From positions 12,462,001 through 12,526,000 of the forward strand of contig JBHGNT010000022.1 in NCBI GenBank assembly GCA_043228905.1: 64,000 bases of DNA. The letters run 5' to 3'. The translations under genes were made by a program, and so were the position numbers. Below, piece after piece: positions 39,611 to 50,860 of the stretch. Source of the stretch: Azolla caroliniana (Eukaryota; Plantae; Polypodiophyta). The notes under the pieces are model-generated. The model was given only the letters and a program-made list of their open reading frames with translations. It was not told the origin of the DNA and ran no database searches. How positions within the stretch are numbered: position 1 is the first letter of the stretch; the number at the start of each line of letters is the position of its first letter.

Positions 39611-40460
39611 TGTTGTGCGGAAGTAGATTAGACCTACGTGTGCGTGTGTATGATAGAAGAGAGAAGATAGACACAAGGTAGAAAAACAGAAATTGTATAT
39701 TCACAAGAAGATGAAAGACAACTAACATTACAAAGGGAGAGAGAAGGGTGCTTATAAGGTCACACTCTCTCTACACTCTCTTACTAAAACGACCTTCTCG
39801 GGAAAGGGGAGAAATCTTAACTGACTCTTTAATTGTGTGTCATACAAGTTATATTTTATGACACATTACTTATTGTTACATAGTGGGGTGTGTTCACTCA
39901 CTTGACTGTTGTTACGGGGTGTTCACACTCTAGTTGAGTTTGATTCTCAACACGCACCTTCAAGATCAATTTGGTGTAAGTCGGCTTTCGGCCTTGATGT
40001 TTGGCTTTTGCTTCACTCGTTTGCCCCTTTTTGGCTTTGTTCGCTCGTCTACGTTCGGCTCCATTAGTGTTTGGTTTTCGGTATGTCCGGCTCCGGCTTT
40101 GACTTTCGGTTGGTACTCCCCCTCAAGCTTGGCAAGCCAGAGGTCAATAGACCAAGGTCCGACGTGAATTGCCGAAGCTTGTTGGCCCCTAGGGCTTTCG
40201 TGAAAATGTCGATTGTTTGGAGATTCATACTGATATGTTGATGGATGACATTGCCCACAAGGACTCGTTCGTGGATGAAGTGGTAATACACCTTAATGTG
40301 CTTTGTTCGAGCATGGAAGACTAGGTTCCGAGCAAGATGTATAGTGTTGACATTGTTGCAGTATATTAAGATTGGAGTGTTGGTGGAGATGCCATGATCC
40401 TTTAGAATCCTCTTGAGCCATACAACTTCACATGTAGTTATGGTTGTGCCCCTATAATGG
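39611..40460 (-). mobile_element. Copia 3' remnant: RNase H, PPT and 3' LTR (~39611-39952)
   Basis: ORF 40064-40504 has HARTKHIKVYYHFIHERV and DIFTKAL; LTR end TCTCAACA next to a degenerate PPT. Confidence 0.75.
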
Positions 40461-40469
40461 CGAGCTCGA

Positions 40470-40874
40470 CTTGCACAACACTGTTGTTGCTCACACCTTT
40501 TCATTCTTCATTCTCTATATTTTTTTTCTCACTTCACCACACCTAGGGTTTATGTACACATACATACATACATACATACATACATACATACATACATACA
40601 TACATACATACATACATACATACATACATACATACATACATACATACATCTGTGTGTGTGTGTGTGTGTGCGCGCGCGTATGTATTTACATATTTGTCCC
40701 TAGTCGATTGTAACGATCCTTTGCCAGAAGCCGAATCGGCTCTTAGCCAGGTAGCTGACTCTTATACTTAGCCAACTTTCAACCCTTAGCCGAATCTCAG
40801 CTGAATAACCTCTTCGCACAACAATATCCCCCTTCACTCTTGTATGGGAGAGTCGACCATAAGGAGAGACATCA
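40470..40874 (-). mobile_element. Partial copia LTR, PPT and ORF end containing a (TACA)n microsatellite (40554-40648)
   Basis: Reverse complement reads GTGAAGGGGGATAT TGTTG, like the end of the intact copia at 57010-57030. Confidence 0.55.
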
Positions 40875-42522
40875 TGTCAGAACCAAGAGAAAAGATAGAG
40901 TGGCGGAAGGAAGATGTAAAGAGATCACAAGAAGGGAGGAATGAAGTGATAAGAGAAGAATGAATGTATTAAGATAGAATGAGAGTGGATACAAGATAGG
41001 CGATGAGAGCTTAAGACTGGTGTTGATTTGAATTGGTTTGAGAAGAATTGTATGTCTATATTTATAGGTTCCAATAGAATAACCTAGAGATTTCTATAAT
41101 GTTCTAGACCTAGAATATTCTAAGATGTTCTAGGATATTCTAGAATTTTCTAGAGTATTTGCAATAATCAATGTATTGCAAGATGTAGATTTTATCATCT
41201 CATATGCTCATAGGCTATCTTAATGGTTAGGTTCTAGATGATGTATTACAAGGTCTTGGGTTCAAGCCCAAGTGAAGCCATGATGTTTAGGGGATGTATT
41301 ACAAGGTCTTGGGTTTAAGCCCAAGTGAAGCCATGATGTATTCATGACACTATCCCCCTCCGAGAATAACGAGTGGAAGGCGGCATTAACAATGTAGGGC
41401 CTGGTTTGTTTAGATAGTGGCGATGGAAGTCATTGACAAGAGCTTGAGCATTATTGACGGGTTCCCAAGTGCGATCACTCGGAGGATAGTCTACCCAATC
41501 AACAAGAAAATAGAGCTTATTTGGTCACCAACCTTAAAAGGAGACTTAAGACGATGGCGATCTGCGTTGGTCTTATGTTGTGCTTGAGTTGTCTGAAGAT
41601 GTGAAGATAAAGCTAACTGTATTCGATGAAGATGATGCTCAACACTAGGGTTTTGTGCGACCTTGGGAAGATCCAAGATACACCATCGAGGACGGTTGCC
41701 GATGTAGGCAAAGAAAGGTGTAACCTTGGTAGAAGAATGTACCCATGTTATTGTATGTAAACTCAACAAGATGTAAACTATTACTCCAATCATCTTGTTG
41801 ATAACTGATGAAGCATCGAAGATACTGTTCGAGCGTTTGATTGGTACTCTGTTTGTCCATCGGTTTGTGGATGATAAGCCGAAGAGAGTTTGTAGGAGAT
41901 TTTGAGGCCTACCCATAGGACCATGATCGGTAATTATATCGTCTGGAAGACCATGATGGTGAAACACTTCACGTATAATGATATCGATGGTTTCTTGACT
42001 ACTGATGCTCTTTACATACAAATGGTAAAAAATGTGCCATCTTGGTAAATCGATCCACTATTGTTAAAATAGTATCAAATCCTTTTGAAGGTGGCAGATC
42101 CGTAATGAAATCCATAGAAATAGATTGCCATGGCTTGGTTGGAGGCGGTAATGGTTGTAACAAGCCATAAGGATGATGCTTGGGTATTTTGGCTCGACAA
42201 CAGGTGTCACATGTATGAACGTAATCTTCGATAAAGTTTTGCAAATGAGACCACCAAAACGAGCGCTTCAATAACTCCATGGTCTTGGCAATACCAAAAT
42301 GTCTAGCCATAGGGGCATCATGGCACTGCTTTAATACTTGGAGGTGGGGTGATCCATCAGGGATGTAAAGGAGATTCTTGTAAAAGAGTAAGTCATCTTG
42401 CCACTTGAAGTCCTGATAGTGTTGAGATGACCCTTGAAATGTGGAGCAAGATGCATGGCTTGGACTAATGTGGGCCAAGACATCCTTAGCGAAATCATCA
42501 GAGTGAAGTTGTTGCCGAATAG
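40875..42522 (-). mobile_element. Chromovirus (Tcn1-like Ty3/gypsy) 3' part: integrase, chromodomain, PPT and 3' LTR (40875-41349)
   Basis: HDAPMARHFG...CDTC, PWQSISMDFITDLP, TNQTLEQYLRCF and chromodomain YFLVDWVDYPPSDRTWEP; PPT GGAGGGGGATAG; LTR TGTCA...TGACA. Confidence 0.88.
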
Positions 42523-43030
42523 TGTTAAGAATTAGGTAATTAAGCAAGGGTTAATTAGTACCTGTTACCCGGACAAGTATGGATGTGTCAGAGTCGGAAG
42601 GAAGTTCGGAGTCGGAGTCGGAGTCGGAGTCAGATCGATGACTCAGCAGATAGCCGAATAGGATATAGTTAGTTACGAAGTTTTGTAATTCTTGATAATT
42701 ATAGGTAATAGGATTTCTTGATGAGAAAAGACCTTCGAGTTACCTATAAAAGGAACCCAAGGCATTGTAAAAATCTATCGTGGTATTTAGTAATATAAAG
42801 TTTAGTTAGGGAACTCTGTGTACGAATCACTCTTGCTATCTATTTCCTTCGGTCTAAGCTATATTACATAAGTCACGATCTCGGTGTCTGTTATCACCGA
42901 TAAGTTTACGACTAATTCGTATCTATTCGTCTAACCACAACTTCTTGATAGAATGTTCGGTACGAATGTTCATCTTATACTGTGTCGGCAAAGTAGTAAT
43001 TGTCAACCGAACAACATTGTATAATTTTGG

Positions 43031-46000
43031 CATGCCCGGTTACATCTGCACATAGCAGAGAACAAGACGAATGGATGTCGTCTGATCCGGATACACCGGT
43101 CGATTGTAAACGTCCTCGTATGCGTTCTTTTACGAAGGCACTAGAGATAGAATCGGCTGAGGAATTACAGCCGGAAACAAGTAGAAGGTGGTCTGTACTT
43201 CCTGATTTAACTGATTGCCAGTCTTCGGACGAAAATCAGCCGGAAGAGGTATCATTTTACGATATCTGGAGTGAGGACAATATGCCTTCTCCGTATTCTA
43301 AGTTCCGTGAGGGAGCTGATGCAGAAGCGCATGTGAGGGATTTCCTGACAACATGGGAGATTAACCATGGAGCTTAGAGACTGTCGGCGGCAGCCGAAGA
43401 TAAGTCTAAGATTACTGAGTTCGTTTTGTCATTGGAGGGTTATTCTGCTAATTGGTTTGTGCAAAATGGTCTCCGTGGGTTCGAAACATTCGAACAATTG
43501 ACGAGCAAATTTCTGCAGTTATTTCATCGTCAGATGCCTCAAAAGGATTTGATAGTGCAATTTTATGCATTGTATCAGGAGCAGCATGAAACAATGTCTC
43601 AATTCGTGATCCGTTTTTAGAATTTACAACTTCAAATTTCCAGGCCTTTTCCGGACAATGAATTGAAGGATGTATTCCTTGAACCAATTCGTGAACCATT
43701 ACGAACAACACTGAAGGTGTTCGATTTCTGGAATCAGAATATCGAGCAAGTGATTGATAAGGCAATCACTATGGGCCGACCGCCGATAAATGTATGCAGT
43801 ATGGATATGTCAGCACTAAATCGTACACTGCCAACGATGGAGGAGTTACAATTTCGACAAGCAGTTCAGTGTACTACTTGTTTAAATACTGGTCATTCGG
43901 CGATCGAATGTAGTCTATGAACACACTGCACAATATGTCATTCTAAACTTCATTCGGTCGAGCAATGTGAGTATAACTTGCTCAATAAGACGACAACTCC
44001 AGTGAGACAAAGTTTTCCGGAAAATGAGTACCAAAATAACCAGAATTTGTTCAATAATGGGTACCAATAGAATAATTTTCCACAAAATCAACAAAATAAT
44101 TTTCAACAAAATCAGGCCTTTCAACAAAATAATTTCCAGCACAATCAAGATTTTCAACAAAATAATTTTCAACATAATCAAGAATTCTCGGCAGCACCGA
44201 ATATGAATCAGCAATAGCAAAATGGAGGATGGTTTAAGTAGAACCGGTATAAAAATAAAAAATTCTACAAGCCGAAAGCCTCACACGACAGTTTCAGCAA
44301 TCGCCGAATTCTAAAGGGAATATGGTCAACAGTTTATGCAAAATGATGGAACTGGTCAGTTTGTGCAAGGCGAGGGAAGTGGAATGTTTGTTCCTACTTG
44401 CTATATTTGCCGTCAAACTGGTCATTATGCTAATCAGTGTCCTGTTAAAGGAAAAGGACCAACGGTTAATATGGTTATACCGGAAATACAGTAAGTAACC
44501 ACTAGAAGCAAAACTAAACAATCTGAGTGGGAGATTCAGGAAGCAGTCCAAAAAGCAGCCAAGGAATGGGTAGAGGAAGCAAACCAAAATAATGTAAACC
44601 GGATGCTCCAAGACAATGAAATTACCCAAGCTACTGAATTACCAGGAGCTATTGCTGTACCAGAACAAGAGGAAACTTGGAAGATCTTGGCAGATTGCCA
44701 AGTATCACTACCACTGACCGGATTACTTAAGTTGGTTCCTAGATTTACCGAAAAGGTGGCGACATTGATAGCCCAAAAAGGGTCAGAACAAGTATCGGTA
44801 CACTATAGTCAGCCGAGCACAAGCCCTTCAATCATGGATGAGCAAAATCCATCGATTAAAGTAATAATTCATGGTCAGGAAATCAAAAATGCGATTGTCG
44901 ATGGTGGCCCAGGAGTTAATGTCATTAATAAAACCACATGTGATAGGTTGGGTATTACTAAATGGGAAGCTTGCCCATTTTGGTTAAGAATGGCAGATAC
45001 CAGTACGGTATGACCAATTGGCTTACTCCGACAATTAGAGGTGGTGTTGGGTGGTCATAGCTTTCTGATATCGGGAGTAATACTTCATTTGGAAGCTCTT
45101 AGTGCATATCCCTTGCTATTAGGTCGCCCATGGTTAAAGATTGCTAACATCAAGCAGAATTGGAATTAGAATCAACTGACATTTAGAAAAGGCAAAACGA
45201 AAATCCGGGTAACACAACAAGGTTGCGACAAGCAAACAATGTTTGCCAGTGCATGCTGAGTTCGTCAATATGATGGAAGGATTAGATGAGATCGAAGAAA
45301 ATCAGTATTTTGATGATAATCCGAAAATCATTCCTTTGTTCGAAGTGGATACTTTACAAGCCTTGACACCATATGTGGATTCCTAGGAGGAATTGCCAAT
45401 AAATGACCCAACAATGAAGGAAATACGGCTCCAACAAGAAGCTATCGACAGAGAGATGAAGGTGTCCTAACGAGTTCAAGCTTCAGCATTGGAGGAAATA
45501 CATTTGGCAGAAGAGGATAAGGACAATGAGTTGAAAACAGTACTCATTGCTAAAGATATGATAGAAGCTGACAAACAACGGTTAACGACATTATTAAAGC
45601 AATATAAGGATGTCTTTGCATGGTCTTTTGAAGATATGAAGGGACTTGACCCAGCTTTCTGTCAACATCAAATCAACTTGCATAAGGATGCAAAGCCAGT
45701 TCAACAACGTAAGTATCGATTAAATCCTAATTATGCTATTAAAGTAAAAGAAGAAATAGATAAACTTTTGAAAGTAGGGTTTATTCGTCCGGTGAAAAAA
45801 TCGACATGGTTAAGTCCAATCGTAGTAGTTCCGAAAAAGAATGGCAAGATTCGGGTATGTGTTGACTATCGAAAACTGAATGCGGCTACCGTTACGGATG
45901 CGTTCCCATTACCATTTATGGATGGTATATTGGATGCGGTAGCTGGCCACGAAGTCTATAGTTTCCTAGATGGTTTTAGTGGTTATAATCAGGTTCGGAT

Positions 46001-47814
46001 GAATCCGGAAGATCAAGAAAAGACAACTTTTGTTACAGAATGGGGAGTGTTTGTAGCGGTAGTAATGATGTTTGGCTTGAAGACGGCTCCAGTGACATTC
46101 CAAAGAGTGATACAGGAAATATTTGGGGATTACATTCTTGCATTTATGCAAGTCTTTTTGGATGATTTTGTTGTTTATAGTCGGAAAACCGAACATTTTG
46201 AGCATTTACGACTATGTTTGGAGAAATGTCGGCAAGGTCGGCTTAGTTTAAATCTGGAAAAATGTGCATTTGGGGTCACTAGTGGCACATTATTAGGCCA
46301 TATTGTCAGTCAAGAAGGAATTGCAATGGACCTCAACAAGGTTAAAACCATACTGGAAGCACCGACGCCCACAAATGCTAAAGCTCTCAGTCGGTTTTTA
46401 GGTCAGATTAGATGGCAGAACAGAATGATAAGATATCTTGTGGATATCGCCATTCCCTTACATACAATAGTGCACAAAGTTCCTTTTCAGTGGACAAGTG
46501 TGGAGCAGGATGGATATGATTGTCTCAAGAAAATGTTGTCCAAAGTTCCAGTGGTTCAACCACCTGACTGGAATAAGCCATTCCATGTCTTTGTCGACGC
46601 ATCGGACATCGCAATCGGAAGTGCATTAATGCAGTTGACCGAACCGAATTGGTATAGGCCAGTGTACTATGCTAGTCGGAAACTCTCGACAATGGAGAAA
46701 AACTATTCTACAACTGAGAGGGAAGCTTTAGGAATGATCTATAGTGTCAATAAATTTCGACACTATCTTTTGGGGAAAAAGTTTACATTTCACAGTGATG
46801 AAGGATGCAGTCGAATATTGTTGGAAATGTGATTTATGCCAACGTATGGGACAATCGATAGAAAAAGACAGGATGCCGTTTCAACTTGTGTTACCTCTTG
46901 AACCTTTCTAGAAATGGGGTTTGGATTTTGTAGGCCCATTCAAGCTGACAACAGTAAGAATAGGCAATCGATATATTATAGTTGCCACTAACTACTACAC
47001 GAAGTGGGTAGAAGCTAAAGCTCTCAGGGATAATACGACAACTTCAACAACAATTTTTTTGTATGAAAGTATATGGTGTAGATTCAGCTGCCCGATAGAA
47101 TTAGTGAGCGATCAAGGTACGCATTTCATTAACAAGCTTGTTCATGAATTGTCTACATACTATGCAGTGGTTCATAAGAAAATCGCGCCTTACTATCCAC
47201 AAGCGAATGGATTGGCGGAGTCGACAAACAAAACCCTCCAGATGATACTCAAAAAGATAGTAAATGAGAATCTTACGGACTGGGATCAAAAGTTGCATAG
47301 TGCTTTATGGGCATATCGCACGTCTTACAAAACATCTATTAAATCAACACCCTTCCAAATGGCTTTCGGATTGGAGGCAGTTATGCCAATTGAATTCCAG
47401 ATTCCAACACTCCGAATACAAGCAACCGAAAAATTAAATGAACTACAGTCGGAGAAAATTCGGAAGGAATCTTTGTTGCTGTTAGAAGAAGACCGAATAC
47501 AAGTTATGTCAGCTTTGGAGCACAAGCAGAGGCAAACGAAGGCATTTGTAAATCGACACCGACGAAAGACCGAAACTCAATTCGGAATCGGGAAACCAGT
47601 ACTTGTTTTCCAGACCAGGATGGGGGCTATGCCATGTAAACTTAGGTATAGATGGACAGGACCAATTTGGATCGTGAACAATAAAAATGGTACGTATCAA
47701 CTAGGAACCCTATTAGGTGAGATTTTGCCGAAATGGGTCAATGGTTTCCAGCTTAGGCCATATCATGGAGATCTGCCGGAAAATCCATTCAAGGCTGAAT
47801 CGGAAGAAAAGTAA
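43031..47814 (+). pseudogene. gag-pol of the gypsy element, with stops, frameshifts and a deletion at ~46793
   Basis: ORF pieces 43000-43377, 43663-43920, 44603-45013, 45489-46832 (RT/RNase H) and 46921-47814 (integrase). Confidence 0.88.
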
Positions 47815-48036
47815 CGTGGCAACGTCACAAAAAAGAAAAAAACTAACTATAGACAATTTTCTTGCCAAATCCTAACCGATTGTCAAAAACGGGAATCTTG
47901 GAATAATTTAAGAAGGCTATAAGTAAGAAGTAGTGGAGGCATGCTTCTATTAGTCATTATTGCTATTTCTAGCTATTACTCCACTAGTACACCTAGTCAT
48001 TACTTACATTAATAGTACTTTTATCCCCTAGGCATC

Positions 48037-50860
48037 ATGCAAAGAATTATTTCCTTAAAACCTATTTCTGTAATGTCTATTTTACCACAGAAGTAGAAAC
48101 GTATTCGCGCTCACAGGCTTTCTGATCTTCTCCGCCATAGTCCACAACGTTTTCCACCGCCACCACAGAGCGACGATTTGTCAATCGACGACGAGAATAT
48201 GCCGATTACTGTATTTGATGACTTGCGTCGCTGGCTCGTTCACAATAATTTACAAGGATTCTTGAAAGTTGTAGAAGCAGAGCCGCACCCGCACGCTAAA
48301 GCTTTGATGGAAGAAATCGATGTCTCTAAGATCACTAATAAGAAGGTAAGAGCGGCGTTGGAGATGCCAAGAGGCGGGTTCGACACTGTTAAGAAGGTCA
48401 CAGAAGAAGGATTGCGTTCCTATTTTGGTGAGTATTCGCCCTCCGTCAAAGCGTATCAGACACAAGGAGGTAGGAATGTCTTTTTTCATGAAGTTGCAAA
48501 GTTTTTATTGGAAGTAGGGTTTGTTAGTCCGAGATTCTACTGTATGCCCAAAAAGAGGGCCGGATTTATCATCGCCGCTTATGAAGGTGAAGCTTTCGAT
48601 TGGGGGCTACTGTCGGCAGAAGCTCTGAGAGAGCAATTGTATGGAGTTCAGAAGGGAAAACCAATGAAGACGATTTTTGCTCGTTAGTTATCGGTATTAT
48701 TTCTGGCTCTAGAGGCGGAAAACCGACCAAAAGTGCGTAGGCCGCCTCAGGTACAGTCATCCCGAACCCGACGACAAGTCCAATGGGAAGAATGGAGGGA
48801 AGAAGAGTCAGCGCAGGATGATACCACTTAGACTGAATTCGACCAATCGGAACCTAGGCAACAACAAGAATTGGAAAAACAACAGTCGATGCAGTCTCAA
48901 CAGTCGACACTGCAACCCGAACCAAACCAGCAACTAGCCACTCAACAACCGGAGTTTCAACCACCGAGGACGCAACAACAAGAGACGACAGACGAGCAAC
49001 AAAAACAACAACAAGAATCGACACAAGTTGACACAAAGTAGCAACCGCCGAAGCAGCACAGGGTTAAACAACGGTCCCAAAGATATTCTAGACCAGAGCA
49101 AGGAGAACCTGCGAGAAGAAACAGAGAACCAACGATCAAGCCGCCCAAAGCACACAAGTACCTCATGTCAATCCCGATGACACGTCACGAATTCAAAAAG
49201 GGTACATATAAACAGTAATGATGCAAGAGGCACTTGGTTTTTCCGACATCCCGACAGTAGCACATGAGCTACCTGCCATTCTGCAGTTCGGAACATCATA
49301 TGAATTGGTAGAATGGTTAGCTAAAAGACTCCAAGAAGTGTCAGAAAGAATGGCGCAAGAGCACCGAGATCAAATAATGATCCAAAAGTCATTATGTGTA
49401 GCTGTCGAACCCAATGAGCAAGCAGAAGTAGATAGAATTGGTCGACAACGAAATGCTAAAAATAAAGGTGAAGCCATCTAGATACCACCACTACATGAGG
49501 CACTGGTCGAAGTCCATAGGGAATATGAAAAGGCTACTAGAGCAGCCAAGGATATGGCTGAATTATACAAAAGGGCAACAACAACAACAGATGTGCTTAA
49601 TGCATAGTATACATAGAAGCAGGAAGAAAATCAGCAGTTGAAGGATAAACTACGGGAAGAACAAGTAGCTCTAGAAAAAGCGAGAGAGCAGATATTACAA
49701 CTAGAGTCACAAAGCCAACCTTTGGAGTCGGATTCAGAACTACAACAGAAGTTGGAAAAAGCCGAAAAAGCCGAAAAAGCCGAAAAAGCCGAAAAAGCCG
49801 AAAAAGCCGAAAAAGCCGAAAAAGCCGAAAAAGCACGAAGAGAAGCGGAAATTAGGGCAGAAAAGGCCAAAGACAGATCCAAAGAAATGGAGGAACGATT
49901 ACAGTCGGCAAAAATAGCGGCCAACAAATGCTTAGAGGAAAAATATAATTTGATACAAGATTTACACCGACAGTTAGCCCAACAGCAAGAGGCTACAAGG
50001 CAACAAGTCAAAGAACTGGAAGAGTATGTGAGCGGCCAAGAGACTTGTTTTACAACACAGTTGTCTAGAAGAGACAAATTGATAGAAGAAATCAATGGAA
50101 AAATTATTTAGCAGCAGAACGACTGGAATCCAGAGAAAGAGAAGCTGGAAAAGCGATGTGCAGAAGTTCAAACGGTCTCTGAGAAAAGGCGACTTGACCT
50201 CTTAGTGGCACAAGCCAAACTGATGCAGGCCGAAGGCGATACCATTGCGGTAATCATTGATTTGTGACGAACATTGCCAACCTCACAGTTTGAGGCAAGT
50301 ATGACTCAGGACAGGGTTCAAGCACTCATAAGACATCACCGGCTTAACACCCTAAACTTGGTCAATGAATCGCTGGAGAAGGGTTGGCAAATATGGTCGG
50401 CGCAAGCTGCAGAGCTTCAGCTATTACGAGCTGACAGAGAAAATAGAAAAGTTCAAGGCAAAGGTTTCCTCAAGATGTTGGAGGAAGCAATGACCACGGT
50501 TCAGGAAGATATTGCTAGAGACCTATACGACATGGCAACTTTTTTAGAGAAGAAGTTAACTGAATCATGCAAGAATTCGACAAGCATGATGTCGATATGT
50601 CCGTCGAGTTAGACAATATCGAAGCTGAAAGAGTATACAAAACACCTGGACTCGGAGCACTAGATTCAACAGTTCCAAGACCATCGACCGAAGAAGCACA
50701 CCAAGTAAACGATGACGAGGAGGACACCGAAGATGAAGACAAAGGCAATGTCAACGTGGCACCACAGGAAGAGGAACCGTCATTGTTCGACATTTTGCAG
50801 GATGACGCAGACAATGATTTGGAGTTGGAGGAAGATCATCCCTCAGAGCAGCAAGGGTGA
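48037..50860 (+). pseudogene. Extra 3' ORF (~940 codons, interrupted): globular N-terminal domain, Q/E-rich linker and long coiled coil
   Basis: ATG 48037 is in frame with 48178-48687; further pieces are 49218-49481, 49638-50111, 50274-50612 and 50567-50860. Homologous to 5747-7451. Confidence 0.8.
49755..49835 (+). repeat. (GAAAAAGCC)x9 encoding (EKA)9
   Basis: 8 perfect units plus 1 imperfect unit. Confidence 0.95.

Noticed and set aside
48037-50860. Calling the extra ORF an envelope gene
   Set aside because: No signal peptide or transmembrane segment is visible.
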